Shown here: in pieces, positions 1 through 12,435 of the stretch | Numbering within the stretch: position 1 is the stretch's first letter | How the letters are laid out: every line of letters starts with the position of its first letter | NCBI RefSeq assembly: GCF_004010195.1 | Contig: NC_057718.1 | Location: forward strand, 77,554,927 to 77,574,926 | DNA length: 20,000 bases | DNA from: Chiloscyllium plagiosum | Taxonomy: Eukaryota | Direction: 5' to 3' | Notes under the pieces: model-generated | What the model was told of the DNA's origin: nothing | What the model saw: the letters and a program-made list of their open reading frames with translations, nothing else | The model's database searches: none | Made by a program: the position numbers and the translations under genes

Positions 1-1171
1 GGTCAGGCCAATGCTGAGCCCCAAACCACGAAGGCTTTATGGAGTCATCCATAAAGCAATAAAGACTGGAGGTTCAGCATGAAGTGCTTGATGATCTGGG
101 TGAAATAACTGTGGAGAGTCTATTCAGGCCAGTATATCTCAATTGTTCTTTTGTATGCATGAATAGCCTGTTCTATTATGAGATAGGTGACTCTCAGGGA
201 GAGCCAGATCCAGACCAGTCAGTGGATTATCCCTGAATTTGATTCAGCAGTGACAAGGGGGGACAAGGTGCCTGAAGTCTCCACCAGGTTCAGGTCACTC
301 TCAATTCATCAGAGAGGTACAACTATGCCTCATGATGGCAGATGAACAGGAGCTGTTTGTATTTAGGGCATGTCTGCCATGGACTGAGATTTTTCAGCAG
401 CTCTGCCAGTGACAGCTGCACTTTGTGTTGCAGTTGTGACAGAGGAGGATCTGTCAGGGGGCATCACATTGTTGGGTCTGTCAAACTCACCCAACACGAG
501 GATGCCCTCCACAATTCTCCAAGGCTAAGGTATTGCAAGGTCAGCAACCTGCCACGATGTCACAGCTGACGGTGTCATAGGCAGTACTCAGAAAAGTGTA
601 CTTGGTGCACTTAGTACACAGCTGAAAGTTTTTTTAAATTGTGCAAATTGATGAGGTGTGATTATTAAATGTTAGTTACGAAGCATCTCAATGATGGGTA
701 TCATGGTCGTTTACTTCTGTGTCACTTGGCAGGCCAATGGCTGCATGAACGTTTATAGTTTTCTCAGTCATCAGACTCACCATTGCCAAGGCCTTAAACA
801 CTGATGGTCTTAGTTTTCTGAGCAACTACTGATCAGGTGTGGTTTTAAGTGTGCCAAAATGCAGATCTCTGGTGGGGCAAATGGGAGATGTCATTCAGCT
901 AATGAAAAGTTCCTCAAGATTGAAGACACCTGTTTTTCCCTGGTATCTAACTCCTGTTACTGTTCAGATGGTGCAGTCGGTTGATCTGAATACTTTTTGA
1001 AACCGTCATCAATATCCTGTTTGAAGGAAGCATCTGGTCCATGATCCTCCCACTGTCAGTGCTTCTACATTCTACAGTTCCAGGTTATTTAAATGTATCA
1101 GACAAGCACATAAGTGAAACCCTTGATGGTTTCACACCCAAGTGCTCAATTCCAATGGCCCCAGAGTTATT

Positions 1172-3458
1172 GAACATAGAACAGTACAGCACAGTACACA
1201 CCCTTTGGCCCTTGATGTTGTGCTGATCTTTTATCCTACTCTAAGTTCAGACTAACCTACGTACCTTTCAATGTACTATCTTCCATGTGCCTATCCAAGA
1301 GTTGCTTAAATGTCCCTAATTTACTTGACTTTACTACCACTGCTGGCAGTGCATTCCATGCACCCACCACTCTGTGTGTAAAGAACCTGCCTCTCATATC
1401 TCCCCAAACCTTCTCCAATCATCTCAAAATTATGGTCCCTCATGATAGCAATTTCTGCCCTGGGAAAAAGTCTCTGGCTGTCCACTTTAACTATGCCTCA
1501 CATTATCTTGTACACCTCCATAAAGTCACCTCTCATTCTTCTTCACTCCAATGAGAAAAGCCCTAGCTCCCTCACCCTTTCTTCATAAGACATGGCCCTC
1601 CAGTTGAGGCAGCATTCTCGTAGATCTCCCCTGCACCCAGATTAAAGCTTCCACACCCTTCCTATAATGAGGCAACCAGAACTGAACACAATATACCAAG
1701 TGAGGTGTAACCAGGGCTTTACAGAGCTCTTTAACTCAATCCCCCTGCTAATGAAAGCCAACATGCCATCTGCCTGCTTAACAATTCTATCAACGTGGAT
1801 GACAACTTTAAGGGATCTATGGACGTGAATCCCAAGATCGCTCTGTTCCTCCATACTGCCAAGAATCCTGCCTTTAACTCTGTATTCTGCATTCAAATTT
1901 TACCTTCCAAAGTGAATCACTTTACACTTTTCCAGGTTGAACTCCACCTGCCCCTCATCAGCACAGTTCTGCATCCTTTCAAAGTTCCATTGTATCCTAG
2001 AACAGCCCTCCGTACTATCTACCACTCCACAAACCTTCATGTCAACAGCAAACTTACTAACCCACCCTTCCACTTCCTCACCCAAGTCATTTATAAACAT
2101 CACATAGAGCAGAGGTCCCAGAACCAATCCCTGCGGGACACCACTAGTCACCGAGCTCCAGGCTGAATACTTTCCATTTACCATCATCCTCTATCTTCTG
2201 TGGGCAAGCCAATTCTGTATCCAGACAGCCAAAATTCACTGTATCCCATGCCTCTTTACTTTTTGAATGAGCCTACTATGGGGAACCTTATCAAACACCT
2301 TGCTAAAATCCATGTACACCACAACCACTGCTCTACCTTCATCGATATGTTTTGTCATGCCCTCAAAGAATTCAATAAAGTATATGAGACTGAATGTCTA
2401 ATTCCCAGGATTATCCCTATTCCCTTTCTTGAACAAGGCAATAACATTTGCCACCCTCCAATCATCTGGCACTACTCCAGTGGACAGTGAGGACACAAAG
2501 ATCATCACCAAAGGCACAGCAATCTCTTCCCTTGCTTCCTGTTGTAAACTATACTATATCCTGTCTTGCCCAGGGGATTTATCTATCCTTACGGTTTTTC
2601 AAAATTTTTAGTACATCCTACTTCTTAACATTTACCTGTTCGAGCATATCAGTCAGTTTCACGCTATCCTCAGAAACATCAAGGTCCCTCTCTTCAGTGA
2701 ATACTGAAGCAAGGTATTCATTAAGGACCTCCCCTACCTCCTCTGACTCCAGGTGCAAGTTCCCTCCCCTATACCTGATCGGCCCTACCCTCACTCTGGC
2801 CACCCTCTTGTTCCTCACGTAAGTGTAGAATGCTTTAGGGTTTTCCTTAATTCTACCCGCTAAAGCTTTTCCAAGCTCCCTTCTAGCTCACCTAATTCCA
2901 TTCTTCAGTTCCTTCCTGACTACTTTGTAACCATCTAGAACGCTGTCAGATCCTTGCCTCCTTAACCTTAAGTAAGCTTCCTTCTTCCTCTTGACTCGAG
3001 AGATGTTCCACATCCCTTGTCACCCAAGGTTCTTTCAACCTACCATTCCTTTCTTGCCTCAGTGGGACAAACCTGTCCAGCACAATCAGCAAGTGCTCCC
3101 CAAACAACCTCACATTTCTGCCACGCATTTCCCAGAGAACATCTGTTCCCAATTAAGGCACCCCAGTTCCTGTGTAATAACATTGTAATTCCACCTTTCC
3201 CAATTAAATACTTTCCCATACCATCTACTCCAAGGTCAGGGAGTTGTGATCACTATCACCGAAATACTCTCCCACTGAGAGATCTGACATTTGGCATGGT
3301 TTGTTGACAAGCTCCAAATCCAATATGGCCTCCCCTCTAGTCAGCCTATCTACATATTGAGTCAGGAACCCTTCCTGGACACACTTGACAACAACTGCTC
3401 CAACCAAACTGTTTGAACTAAGGAGCTCCTACTCAATATTAGGAAAGTGGAAGTCACC
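1172..3458 (-). mobile_element. CR1-clade LINE (shark HER1-like), 5'-truncated, degenerate ORF2 (end of endonuclease, RT, 3' UTR and tail)
   Basis: Minus-strand RT motifs WSSVTSGVPQGLVLGPLL, FINDL, FAVDMK and KCKVIHFGR (ORF 1900-2187). Endonuclease C-terminal motifs FLTQYVDRLTRGEAILDL and GDSDHNSL (ORF 3225-3407), plus GDFHFPNI near 3435-3458. CR1-type 3' end GAACATAGAACAGTACAGCAC at 1172. Many stops and frameshifts; internal deletions near 2390 and 3230. Confidence 0.93.
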
Positions 3459-3837
3459 TTTCTAAATTATGTCACACCTTTGTACCATCCTTCATTCTAA
3501 TGAATCCTCAATAGCTGGAGGATGCACTAACTTACAAATGCACCTTAATAGGACTGTCAGTAGGATCTCTTCACAAGAAGGTCCAATTTCAATAATGAAG
3601 AATGCCCTGCATATCTCTCATCTGTTTCTGCTATTAGCTCCACTTCCTCAGACCTAGCTGTTCTTATCCACATTATCACATTAATCTGCTCTTCATTGGG
3701 ATCAGCCAGTGTGGCAGTACATTAGCTGTAAATTGGCATGTTTGGATACTTGTAAGATGATGGATATAAATTTGGAAATGCCAAGTATGTGTGTAACATA
3801 TAGGAACTGCAGAAATCCGTTCCTACATACACCATGA

Positions 3838-4087
3838 CTTGGGCAGAAATGTGGTGAGCAATATGCACACTATATAAGTGCCAAACAATGGCCATCTTCA
3901 ACAGGAGGGAAGCAAGTAATCTCTCCTCACCATTCAATGGCATTACAATTGCTGAATCCATCACCTATCAGTATCCTGGGAAGTATCATTGAGCTGAAGC
4001 TTAACTCAATTTCGAAAGCCTGTCCACCATTCACAAGGTGCAAGACAGGAATGAGATGGAATCATTTTGATATGTCTGGTGTGTGCA
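3838..4087 (+). mobile_element. Old non-LTR retrotransposon fragment (L2/CR1 group, RT C-terminal region)
   Basis: Frameshifted translation KCQTMAIFNRRE...FNGITIAES / ISILGSIIELKLN / SLSTIHKVQDRNEME resembles the post-RT LGVxIDxKLxW and LxxxYKxxVRxxMEY motifs of L2/CR1-group ORF2. Confidence 0.65.
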
Positions 4088-4453
4088 ACTCAATATGTAG
4101 ATATGCTGACTAGAGGGGAGGCCATATTGGATTTGGTGCTTGTCAACAAACCATGCCAAATGTCAGATCTCTCAGTGGAAGAGTACTTCAGTGATAGTGA
4201 CCTTTACTATACTCATGGAGAGGGATAGGAGCAGACGGTATGGGAAAATATTTAATTGGGAAAGGTGGAATTACAATGTTATTAAGCAGGAACTGGGGTG
4301 CCTTAATTGGGAACAGATGTTCTCTGGGAAATGCATGGCAGAAGTGTGGAGGTTGTTTGGGAGCACTTGCTGATTGTGCTGGACAGGTTTGTCCCACTGA
4401 GGCAAGAAAGGAATGGTAGGTTGAAAGAACCTTGGGTGACAAGGGATGTGGAA
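4088..4453 (+). mobile_element. Internal CR1 ORF2 fragment; inverted near-identical copy of 3006-3362
   Basis: Reverse complement matches 3006-3362. Both copies encode EHLLIVLDRFVPLRQERNGRLKEPWVTRDVE (ORFs 4307-4510 + and 2946-3152 -). No 3' tail. Confidence 0.92.
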
Positions 4454-4569
4454 GCTTTAGATCATCCTGGAAAAAGTAGCCCACTTGATAAACCCACTGT
4501 CCATAAATAAAAATCTAGGCAAAAGTGAGGACTGCAAAAAATCTGTCTATCACAACTTATGACACAGCG

Positions 4570-5890
4570 TCCAGAGATGTCTGCAGTAAAGAATCCCACA
4601 ATTTTACTACCCTCTGAGAAATGAATTTCCTCCTTATCTCTGTGTTAAATAGACCACTGCTTACTCTGAGATTATGCCCCCTGATCCGAGACTCTTCTAC
4701 AAGTGGAAACAACCTCTTTGCAACCTGTACCTGTCAAGCTTCCTAAGAATCTTACATGTTTCAGTATGGTGGCCTCTCCCTTCAAAACCTCAGTAAGTAC
4801 AGGCCTAACTTATTCAATCTCTCCTCATAAGACAGTCCCTGCATACAGAGTAGCCTGCCTAGTGAATCTTCTCTGGACGGTCTCTAATGCCAGTGTACCT
4901 TTCCTTAAAAAAAAGGTGGAAAACTATGTGTGGTCTGACTAATACCTTGTATGGTTTTAGCTACTTGAAATAAATGCCAGCATTCCATTTGCCTTCCTCA
5001 TTATTTCCTGAGTTTACGTGCTAGCTTTTTGTGATTCATGCATAAGGACCCCCAATTCCCTCTACAAAGCAGCTTTCCACAGTCTATCTCTATTTAAATA
5101 ATATTCAAGTCCTCTATTCCTTCTGCCAAATTGCATAACCTCATTTCCTATACTGTATTCCATGTGCCAAGATTTTGCTGACTCATTTTACTTATCTATA
5201 TCACTCTATAGACTCTGTGCCATTCTTGCTACTTGCCTTCCCATTTTTTTTGCGTCATTTGCAAATTCAGATATAGAACATTCACTTTCCACTTCCAAGT
5301 CATTAATAAATATTGCTAATAATTATGGCACTAGCATTCCTCCCTGTGGTTCTCCCATTAGTTTCTGTTTTCTTTTAGTTAACCAATCCTCTATCTATGC
5401 AAATACACTATCTCCAACATCATGTGTAGTACCTTATTGAATGACTTTCAGAAATCCAAACATATATTACATTGATTGGTTCACTTTATCTAACTGGCTT
5501 GTTAGCTCCTCTATTAAATTGTTAGGCATGATTTCCTCTTCATGAAGCCAGGCTGACTCTGTTTGATTACATTATGTATTTCTAAACACTTTTATTAATA
5601 TTCACTAACACTGTACCAACAATGGACACTAAGATAATTGGCATAAAGTTACTTGTTTGTCTCACTTTTTTTGAATATTGGCAGTTTTCTAATTCTTTGA
5701 GATTTTTCCAGAATCTAAGGACTCTTGGAAGACTACTGCCAGTGCATCCATCCCATTAGTTTCCGAGAATTCTTTTCTCGAGTGATAACTATTGTAGTCA
5801 TTTGCACTCCCATTTATTCTGCCCCAACCCCTTGATTATTTTATATTTCCGGAATGTTATTTGTCCCTTCAAGCATGAAACTGACATCTA
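4570..5890 (-). mobile_element. Older, heavily decayed CR1-clade LINE (RT region toward the ORF2 end)
   Basis: Minus-strand relics of RT motifs: FAND (FADD-like, ~5255), GEPQG (GVPQG-like, ~5345) and EVMQFG (~5135). Sequence at 4580-4900 resembles the CR1 ORF2 C-terminal region seen in the other copies. Confidence 0.75.
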
Positions 5891-6534
5891 GGGATTCTGG
5901 CACATGAGTCAAGAGCAGCCTCAGATACGAATCTGGGGGTTTCGGCACAGTCTGGTGTCTGATTGTGGGGTCAGATTCAGGGTCAGATCATCTATCTCAC
6001 TATCGTCTGGGAAGTGGGCATAATCAGTTCTGTAGGCCCAGTGCAAACCTTCTGGGGATTTTGTGGATCAATCGGTCAGGGGGTCTTCAGGGGGACCAGT
6101 CAGTCATTGATGGGGGGTATAAATCAAAGTATAGTTCAGGGTCAGTCCTGGCAAACAGTAGATTGAATGTCAAGAATAGAGTATCAGAGGAAGCGATTGT
6201 GGTAGGGAAGTGTGGGGATTGAACCCTGAGAATCAGAAGCAGCATCCTAAGATGCAGAGGGTAAGAGGGAAAATTAAACATATAAAAGGGAAGCCATTAC
6301 AGCAAGGAAGAACATGAGATGCTACAGGAAGTGGTTCCCGGTGGTCACCACCACAGCCTCAATAGGGGTACTGTGTATCTTAATGGTGGGCAGGACTGAA
6401 CTATAGTGATGGGTAAAGATGCAGGAATTACAATTGTAATTATAGATACTGGGTGGGATCATGTGGAAGGTAGTACAGATGGGCTGTCCAGGGTGATCAG
6501 GTAGAAAGGGACAGAGTTTCATGGGGAGGCTCTC

Positions 6535-8555
6535 AAAAAGTCTACAGCATGGAAACAGACCCTTAGGCCCAACCTGCCCATGCCACCCAGGTTTCACAAT
6601 TAAACTAGTCTTGTTTGCATGTCTTTCATCCATAGCCCTCCAAACCTATTCCATCCATGTACCCGTCTAAATATTTTTTAAATTGTACTCACTTCCACTA
6701 CTACCTCTGGCAGCCTGTTCTAGACATTCACTACCTTCTATGTAAAACAATTGTCCCTGTAGACCTTTTTCTATCTCTCTCCTCTCAAATCAGTACCATC
6801 TAGTTTCAGACTCCCCTGCCATAGGGAAAAGCTGTTGACTTTCTACTTTACCTATGGCTCTCATGATTTTATTGACCGCTATAAGGTAACCCCTCATTTT
6901 CCTCTGCTTCAGGGAAAATATCCCAGCCTATCCGACCTCTGCTCATAACTCAAACCTTCCAGTCCAGGTAGCATCCTCCTAAATCTTCTCTGCACTCTTT
7001 CTAGTTTAATAATATCCTTCCTATAATAGGGTGACCAGAACTGCATGCAGTACTCCAAATGTAGCCTCACCAACATCTAGTACACTGCAAGAAGACATCA
7101 CAAATCCTATACTCAATGCTGTGACTGGTGAAAGCAAGCATGCCAAAAGCTGTCTACCTGACTTCACTTTCAAAGAGCTATGAACCTGTACCCTTAGATC
7201 TCTCTGTTCTATAACAGGGCCCTACCACTGATTGTGTAAGTCTTGTGCAAGTTTTGGTTTACCAAAATGCAATACCTTGCATTTAACTAAATTAAACTCC
7301 TTCTGCCATTCCTTAGCCCATTGGCTCAGTTGATCAAGATCTCGCTCCATTCCCAGATAACCTTCTTCACTGCCCACTATACAACCACACTTGGTGTCAT
7401 CTGCAAACTTACTAACCATACTTCCTAAATTCTCATCTAAATCATTGATATAAATGATGAGTAACAGTGGACCCAGCACCGATCCCTGTGTCATACCGCT
7501 GGTCACAGGCCTCCAGTCTGAAAACAACCCTCCACCACCATCTTCTGTCTTCTACAATCAAGCCAATTCCATGTCTGATGGCAAGATCTTCCAAGATTCC
7601 ATGAGATTTAACATTATCCAACAACTTGCCATGCTGTACCCTGTCAAAGGCCTTACTAAAGTCTGTGTAGACAAAGTCTGCTGCACTGCCCTCATCTATT
7701 TTCTTAGTCATGCCTTCAAAAAACTCAATTAAAATCATGAGACATGATTTCCCACGGACAAAGCTATGCTGGCTATCCCAAATGAATTCTTGTCTCTCCA
7801 AATACCTATAGATCCTGTCTCTCAGATCCCCTCAAACCACTTATCCAATATAGCAGTTGGGCTCACCAGTCTGTACTTTCCAGGAAGTTCTCTGCAGACT
7901 TTCTTAATAATGACACAACATTAGCTACCCTCTAACATTTAGGCACTTCACCCATGGCTGTCAATGATACAAATATCTCCACTAAGGGGCCTGCAATTTC
8001 CTCCCTAGTCTCCCACAAATTCCTGAGATGAAATTCATCAGTCCTGGTGATTTATCTATTGTAATGCATTTTAAGATTTCCAATACCTCCTCTTCTGTGA
8101 TGTAGACTATCTTCAAAACATCATTATTTATTTCCACAAGTTTCCTAGCACCCATGCCTTTCTCCATGGTAAATACTGGCGAGAAATATTTAATTAGTGT
8201 CTGACTCATCTCTTGTGGCTCTGCACATAAATGACCTTGTTGATATTTAAGAAGCTTCATTCTCTCGCTAGTTAGTCTTTTGTACTTCGAGTACTTGTAG
8301 AATCTCTTTGGATTCTCCTTTACCTTATTTGTCAAAGCCATCTCATGTTCCCTTTTAGCCCTCCTGATTTCTCTCTTAAGTGCACTCCGACACTATACTC
8401 CACAAAGAATTTATTTGATCCCATCTGCTTTTACATGTCATATACCTCTTTTTTTCCTTGACCAGGATCTCAATAACTCTATCATCCAGATTTCCCCATT
8501 GCCAGCCTTAACCTTTACTCCATCAGGCGCATATTGGCTTGAACACTCAATAACC
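6535..8555 (-). mobile_element. CR1-clade LINE, 5'-truncated, degenerate RT plus 3' UTR
   Basis: ORFs 7982-8341 (KENPKRFYKY, DKSPG), 7442-7801 (SQHSFVRGKSC, YTDFSKAFDRV) and 7222-7527 (VTSGMTQGSVLGPLL, YINDL, FADDTK, KCKVLHFG) are consecutive frameshifted RT segments. 3' end TCTACAGCATGGAAACAGACCCTTAGGCCC near 6541. Confidence 0.93.
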
Positions 8556-9559
8556 AGCCTGAGTATGAGTCTCTCAGTGCCCAGCATAACCTGCATTGCC
8601 TTAAATGATCTTCCTAAATGTAAGCTATGACTAGAAAATAGCTGCAACCACACCAAAAGTGGACAGAGCCATTGATTTCCTTTCTAGATCAAATGTGGGC
8701 TCCATTTCTGAATGACAGGACGCCCTTCAAAGAGCAATTGCAACATTTGCAAAGTACAGGTTGAAATCATTTATAATCACGGCATCATTCACATAAAATA
8801 TGTGCAGTGTACAACTCTGTGAGGTGCAAATGCTTGTCACAAGCAATCTTGACCATGTTATTGGACCTTGCAGATTGAAGATAAACATCTCTACGAAGTA
8901 GTTGTAATCATAGTGACCTTATGTTAGCCATAATTGGGCCACTGAGAACCAAGCTAATGCAAGAGCTTATAAGCTGCACATGGGCACAGAACTAATAACC
9001 TCTCAACTTGAACTGTAAGAATAGTGCAACATGTTCTTATCGATAAATTTGCCCTTCTTGTGTGATGGGGGGGCTGGGAAGAAAAGCATTCAGTACTCCT
9101 GCAGCATTTACAATCTCCTGTCTCTGCAACATGACTAGTGGTGTTTTCAATGAAATAAGGTCCAAAGACAAATTTCTATGTCAAGTCATTCCATTAGCCA
9201 GCCTTATCAGAGTGCTCTGTGTCCCACTTTATGGGCGAGTATGCAAAACTGTCATTTGTATGTTATGTAAATGCTGACTGCTCTCATGCTAATTCATTGC
9301 AAGCATGACTAATGGAGCAAGACACATCATATCGTTGCTGTTGCTGCAAAGTGCAGAGAAATGGAAAAGGAACAAATGCACCAGCAAGGCCAGGACCAGC
9401 AGTAACCTCCATTGAATGCTACACAGACTCTACATGAAAAGGTCACAGATGAAGGCCCCCTTAGGATGTACATTCAGGAGAGTAGAATCTATTGTCTTTG
9501 GTGCCTTTTCCTCCCAATGAGTCAGACAAGTCATATCATATCATCATGTTTCTCTGTGA

Positions 9560-10110
9560 CCAGGTCAGTTCTGCAGCCTGTGTAGTAACATTTGGCAATG
9601 TAGCTGGTTTTCCTCAGGTGCAGGGTATGATACACCTTGCCCACATTGTGCTGAGAGGACCATTTCAAATAGAGCTGATTTCATCAACTGAACAAGCTTC
9701 CATTCCATTCCATTCACATGACGTCATCTGTGATCATCAGTATCCTTTCTTACAAGTTTTCACTCGATGCCCTGATAGCTGTTACAATGCCTATATCCTT
9801 TCGAATTCCTATGCTTCTGCAGCATCTGAGGGGCCAGATGCCTTATATGGATGGTTACTGGGAGACAAGTCTGTGACTGTGGCTGATGACTCCATCATAC
9901 AATCTCCTGACCGAGGTGGAACATAGATATCCTGAAGCCCATTCTTCAACAGCATAATGGTGAACCAGACGATAGGCCAACAGAGGATCAGGTTCTAATG
10001 CTTAGATCTGTCTGGAGTGTCTACAGAACTGGAGCAGGCAAAGAGAGGATTTGATGGAGTCTGAACTGAAAGAGCAGGAATATTCTACTGAAGAGGAATT
10101 TGAGGACATT
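9560..10110 (+). pseudogene. PIF/Harbinger (HARBI1-like, DDE_Tnp_4) transposase relic
   Basis: ORF 9492-9926 has AGFPQVQGMIHLAHIVLRGP (GFPxVxGAIDCTH-like), VICDH, RCPDSCYNAYIL (PGSxHDAxIL-like) and GWLLGDK. Other frames continue with LWLMTP...TEVEHRY, VNQTIG..RIRF*CLD and an acidic tail (EQEYSTEEEFED). Frameshifts and a stop are present. Confidence 0.85.
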
Positions 10111-11179
10111 AAGCAGAAGTAATATCACCTTCTGTGAGTTAGAATGCAGCAGTGTCAGATACTATAAGTCAGACAGAAGATGAAAACTGTGTACGGTGAT
10201 CATCGTGCAGACCTTGTATTTTTACTTATGTGCTTTTCTTTTACATTTTGCATTGAAATGAGAAAGAACTGTTTTAAATCAGCATCTTTTTAAAGATGGC
10301 TGCATTTTTTGAAAAGGAAGTAACCTGACACTCATGTCAAGTATTGTTTAAATAGCTGTTTGAATAAGCAGTACTTGAAGTTTCAGTTAAAGACAAACTA
10401 GAGAAAAGGTATTGTATTCAGATGGAGCTTTTGTTGGCAACAATAAGCCAATTGGTCTATGGACTAGTGACCAGTTATCAATGACAACAGCCTTTTGACA
10501 GCCAACAACTGAGTAATTAAAGCTCAGGTAACTGAACAGCTTTAGATTGGGGATAAGATACAGAGAAGGGACCAAGTCTTCACTAGCCAGAAGCTCTCTC
10601 TCTCTGTTCTCTACAGTAAGCCACATTAAGCTTAATGAAAAGCAGCTTATCATTCCTTCATCAGTTATTGTAAGCTGTGACATTTTACAAAATTTACAAG
10701 TCAGAAATCTTTTATAAGTGAACCAGCTACCCTGTGCCTTTTGAAAACCAATGGATGCATTTACAGAAGGAAGGCTGAGAAGAAAACTTCTGATCAGCAA
10801 GACCCAACTCAACAAATCTTGTGAACAAAGATTACTGAACTATTTTCCTACTGTTTTCACGCCATCCTTTTTTTTCACTGTCTATATCTGTCCGTATATG
10901 GAGGAGGCATTTTATTTGGGGATTAGAATTTTAATTCATTGTATTATGTGCTAAGGTTTCCACCTATCTCAGTGAGTTGCTTCAAAATTGTAGCTGCCCT
11001 ACGTGCAAACAGTTTTTTCTCTGTCCTGAAAGGCAAATGCAGCTTCTGTTTGCTTTTGGTATTGATGAGGAAAGATGAATGTTTTGAAACATATGAAGGC
11101 TTCTCTGTATGTAATGTTTCCACATTGTTCAATGATAACAAACTGAGCCACAGTGGATGTTTGGAAAGGGTAGTAGTAA

Positions 11180-12435
11180 CTTAGATTGGCTAGTGGCACG
11201 ATTTCTCCTGTCATCCACGGTTCATGAATCTTGCCTTTCCTATCCCTTGTTTTCAAAGAGACATGCCTATCCTGCACTATCTTTAACCTATCTTTGAAAG
11301 CCTCCCACCTATGAATTGTGGACTTCGCTTCAAATAGCTGCTCCCAACCCACATTTCCCAACTCCTGCCCAGTTTAGTACTCTTCCCTTCGGATCATTGT
11401 CATGTTTGTCTACGAGTATTCTAAAACTTACAGAATTGTGGTTACTATTCCTAAAGATATCCCCCACTGCAACTTCTACCACCTGGCCTGGCTCATTCCC
11501 CAATACCAGGTCCAATATGGCCCTTTCGGACTATTGGCACACTGCTCTAGAAAACTTTCCTGGATGCTCCTTACAAGTTCTGCCCCATGCAGACTTTTGA
11601 CACTAAGTGTATCCCAGTCAATGTTGAGGGAAAATTAAAATCTTCCATCACCACCATCCTGTTGCCTCTACATCTTCCCATAATCTGTTTTCCTATTGTT
11701 CATCTACCTCACGCTGACTGTTGGTAGGCCTGTAACACAACCCCAACAATGTAACTGCACCCTTCTTATTTCTCAGCTCTACCCATAACGCCTCACTGCT
11801 CAAGCCCTCCAAAATGTCTTCCTTTAACACAGCCATGATATCATCCCTTACCAGCAATGCAACTCCTCTCCCCCTTTTCCTTCCCTCCCTGTCCGGTTCT
11901 CCCTGTCCTGTCTGAAGCATCTATATCCTGGAACATTTAGTTGCCAGTCATGCCCTTCCTTCAATCAAGTCTCTGTGATCGCAATATCATCGTACTGGTA
12001 GCAATCCTGAGATCACTACCTTTGAGGTCCTACTCTTTAACTTCTCTCCCAGCTCCCTGAATACTGCTTTCAGGACCTCATCTTCTTTTTAGATATATCA
12101 TTGATGCCTATATGCACCACGACAACTGGCTGTTCACCCTCCCCTTTTAGAATGCTCTGTAGCCGATTGGTGACATCCCTGATCCTAGCACCTGGGAGGC
12201 AACATACCATCCGGGAGTCTTGTTTTCAGCCACAGAACCACCTATCTACCACCCTTACAACAGAATCTCCTATGACTATGGCCCTACAAGTCTTTTTCCT
12301 GCCCTTCTGAACAGCAGTGCCCGCCATGGTGCCATGATCCTGGCAACTGCTGCCTTCTTCTGTTGAGCCATTTCCCTCAACAATATCCAAAATGGTATAC
12401 TTGTTTTGGAGGGAGATGACTGCAGGGGACATCTG
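11180..12435 (-). mobile_element. CR1-clade LINE 5' part: ORF1 SGNH/GDSL esterase domain and ORF2 APE endonuclease; 3' part absent
   Basis: ORF1 esterase blocks AIVIGDSVVR (ORF 12226-12483), PGAR (~12190), VHIGINDI (~12105) and VVISGLLPV (~12005). Endonuclease motifs IAITET (~11975), RGRGVALLVR, EALWVEL and CYRP (ORF 11693-11920), DLVLGN and SNHNSV (ORF 11330-11515), and EPWMT (~11215). Confidence 0.9.

Noticed and set aside
342..569. Cys-rich 75-aa ORF
   Set aside because: No recognisable motif spacing or splice structure; length compatible with chance.
1285..3307. Several plus-strand ORFs of 60-124 aa
   Set aside because: Antisense shadows of the minus-strand CR1 ORF2; no independent domain signal.
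4510..4537. Short segment TCTAGGCAAAAGTGAGGACTGCA resembling a common shark repeat end
   Set aside because: Too short to assign to a family without a search.
10200..11180. Possible solo LTR, and ORF 10387-10815 (142 aa)
   Set aside because: No second copy, TG...CA termini or TSD could be established, and the ORF has no recognisable motif. Left unassigned.
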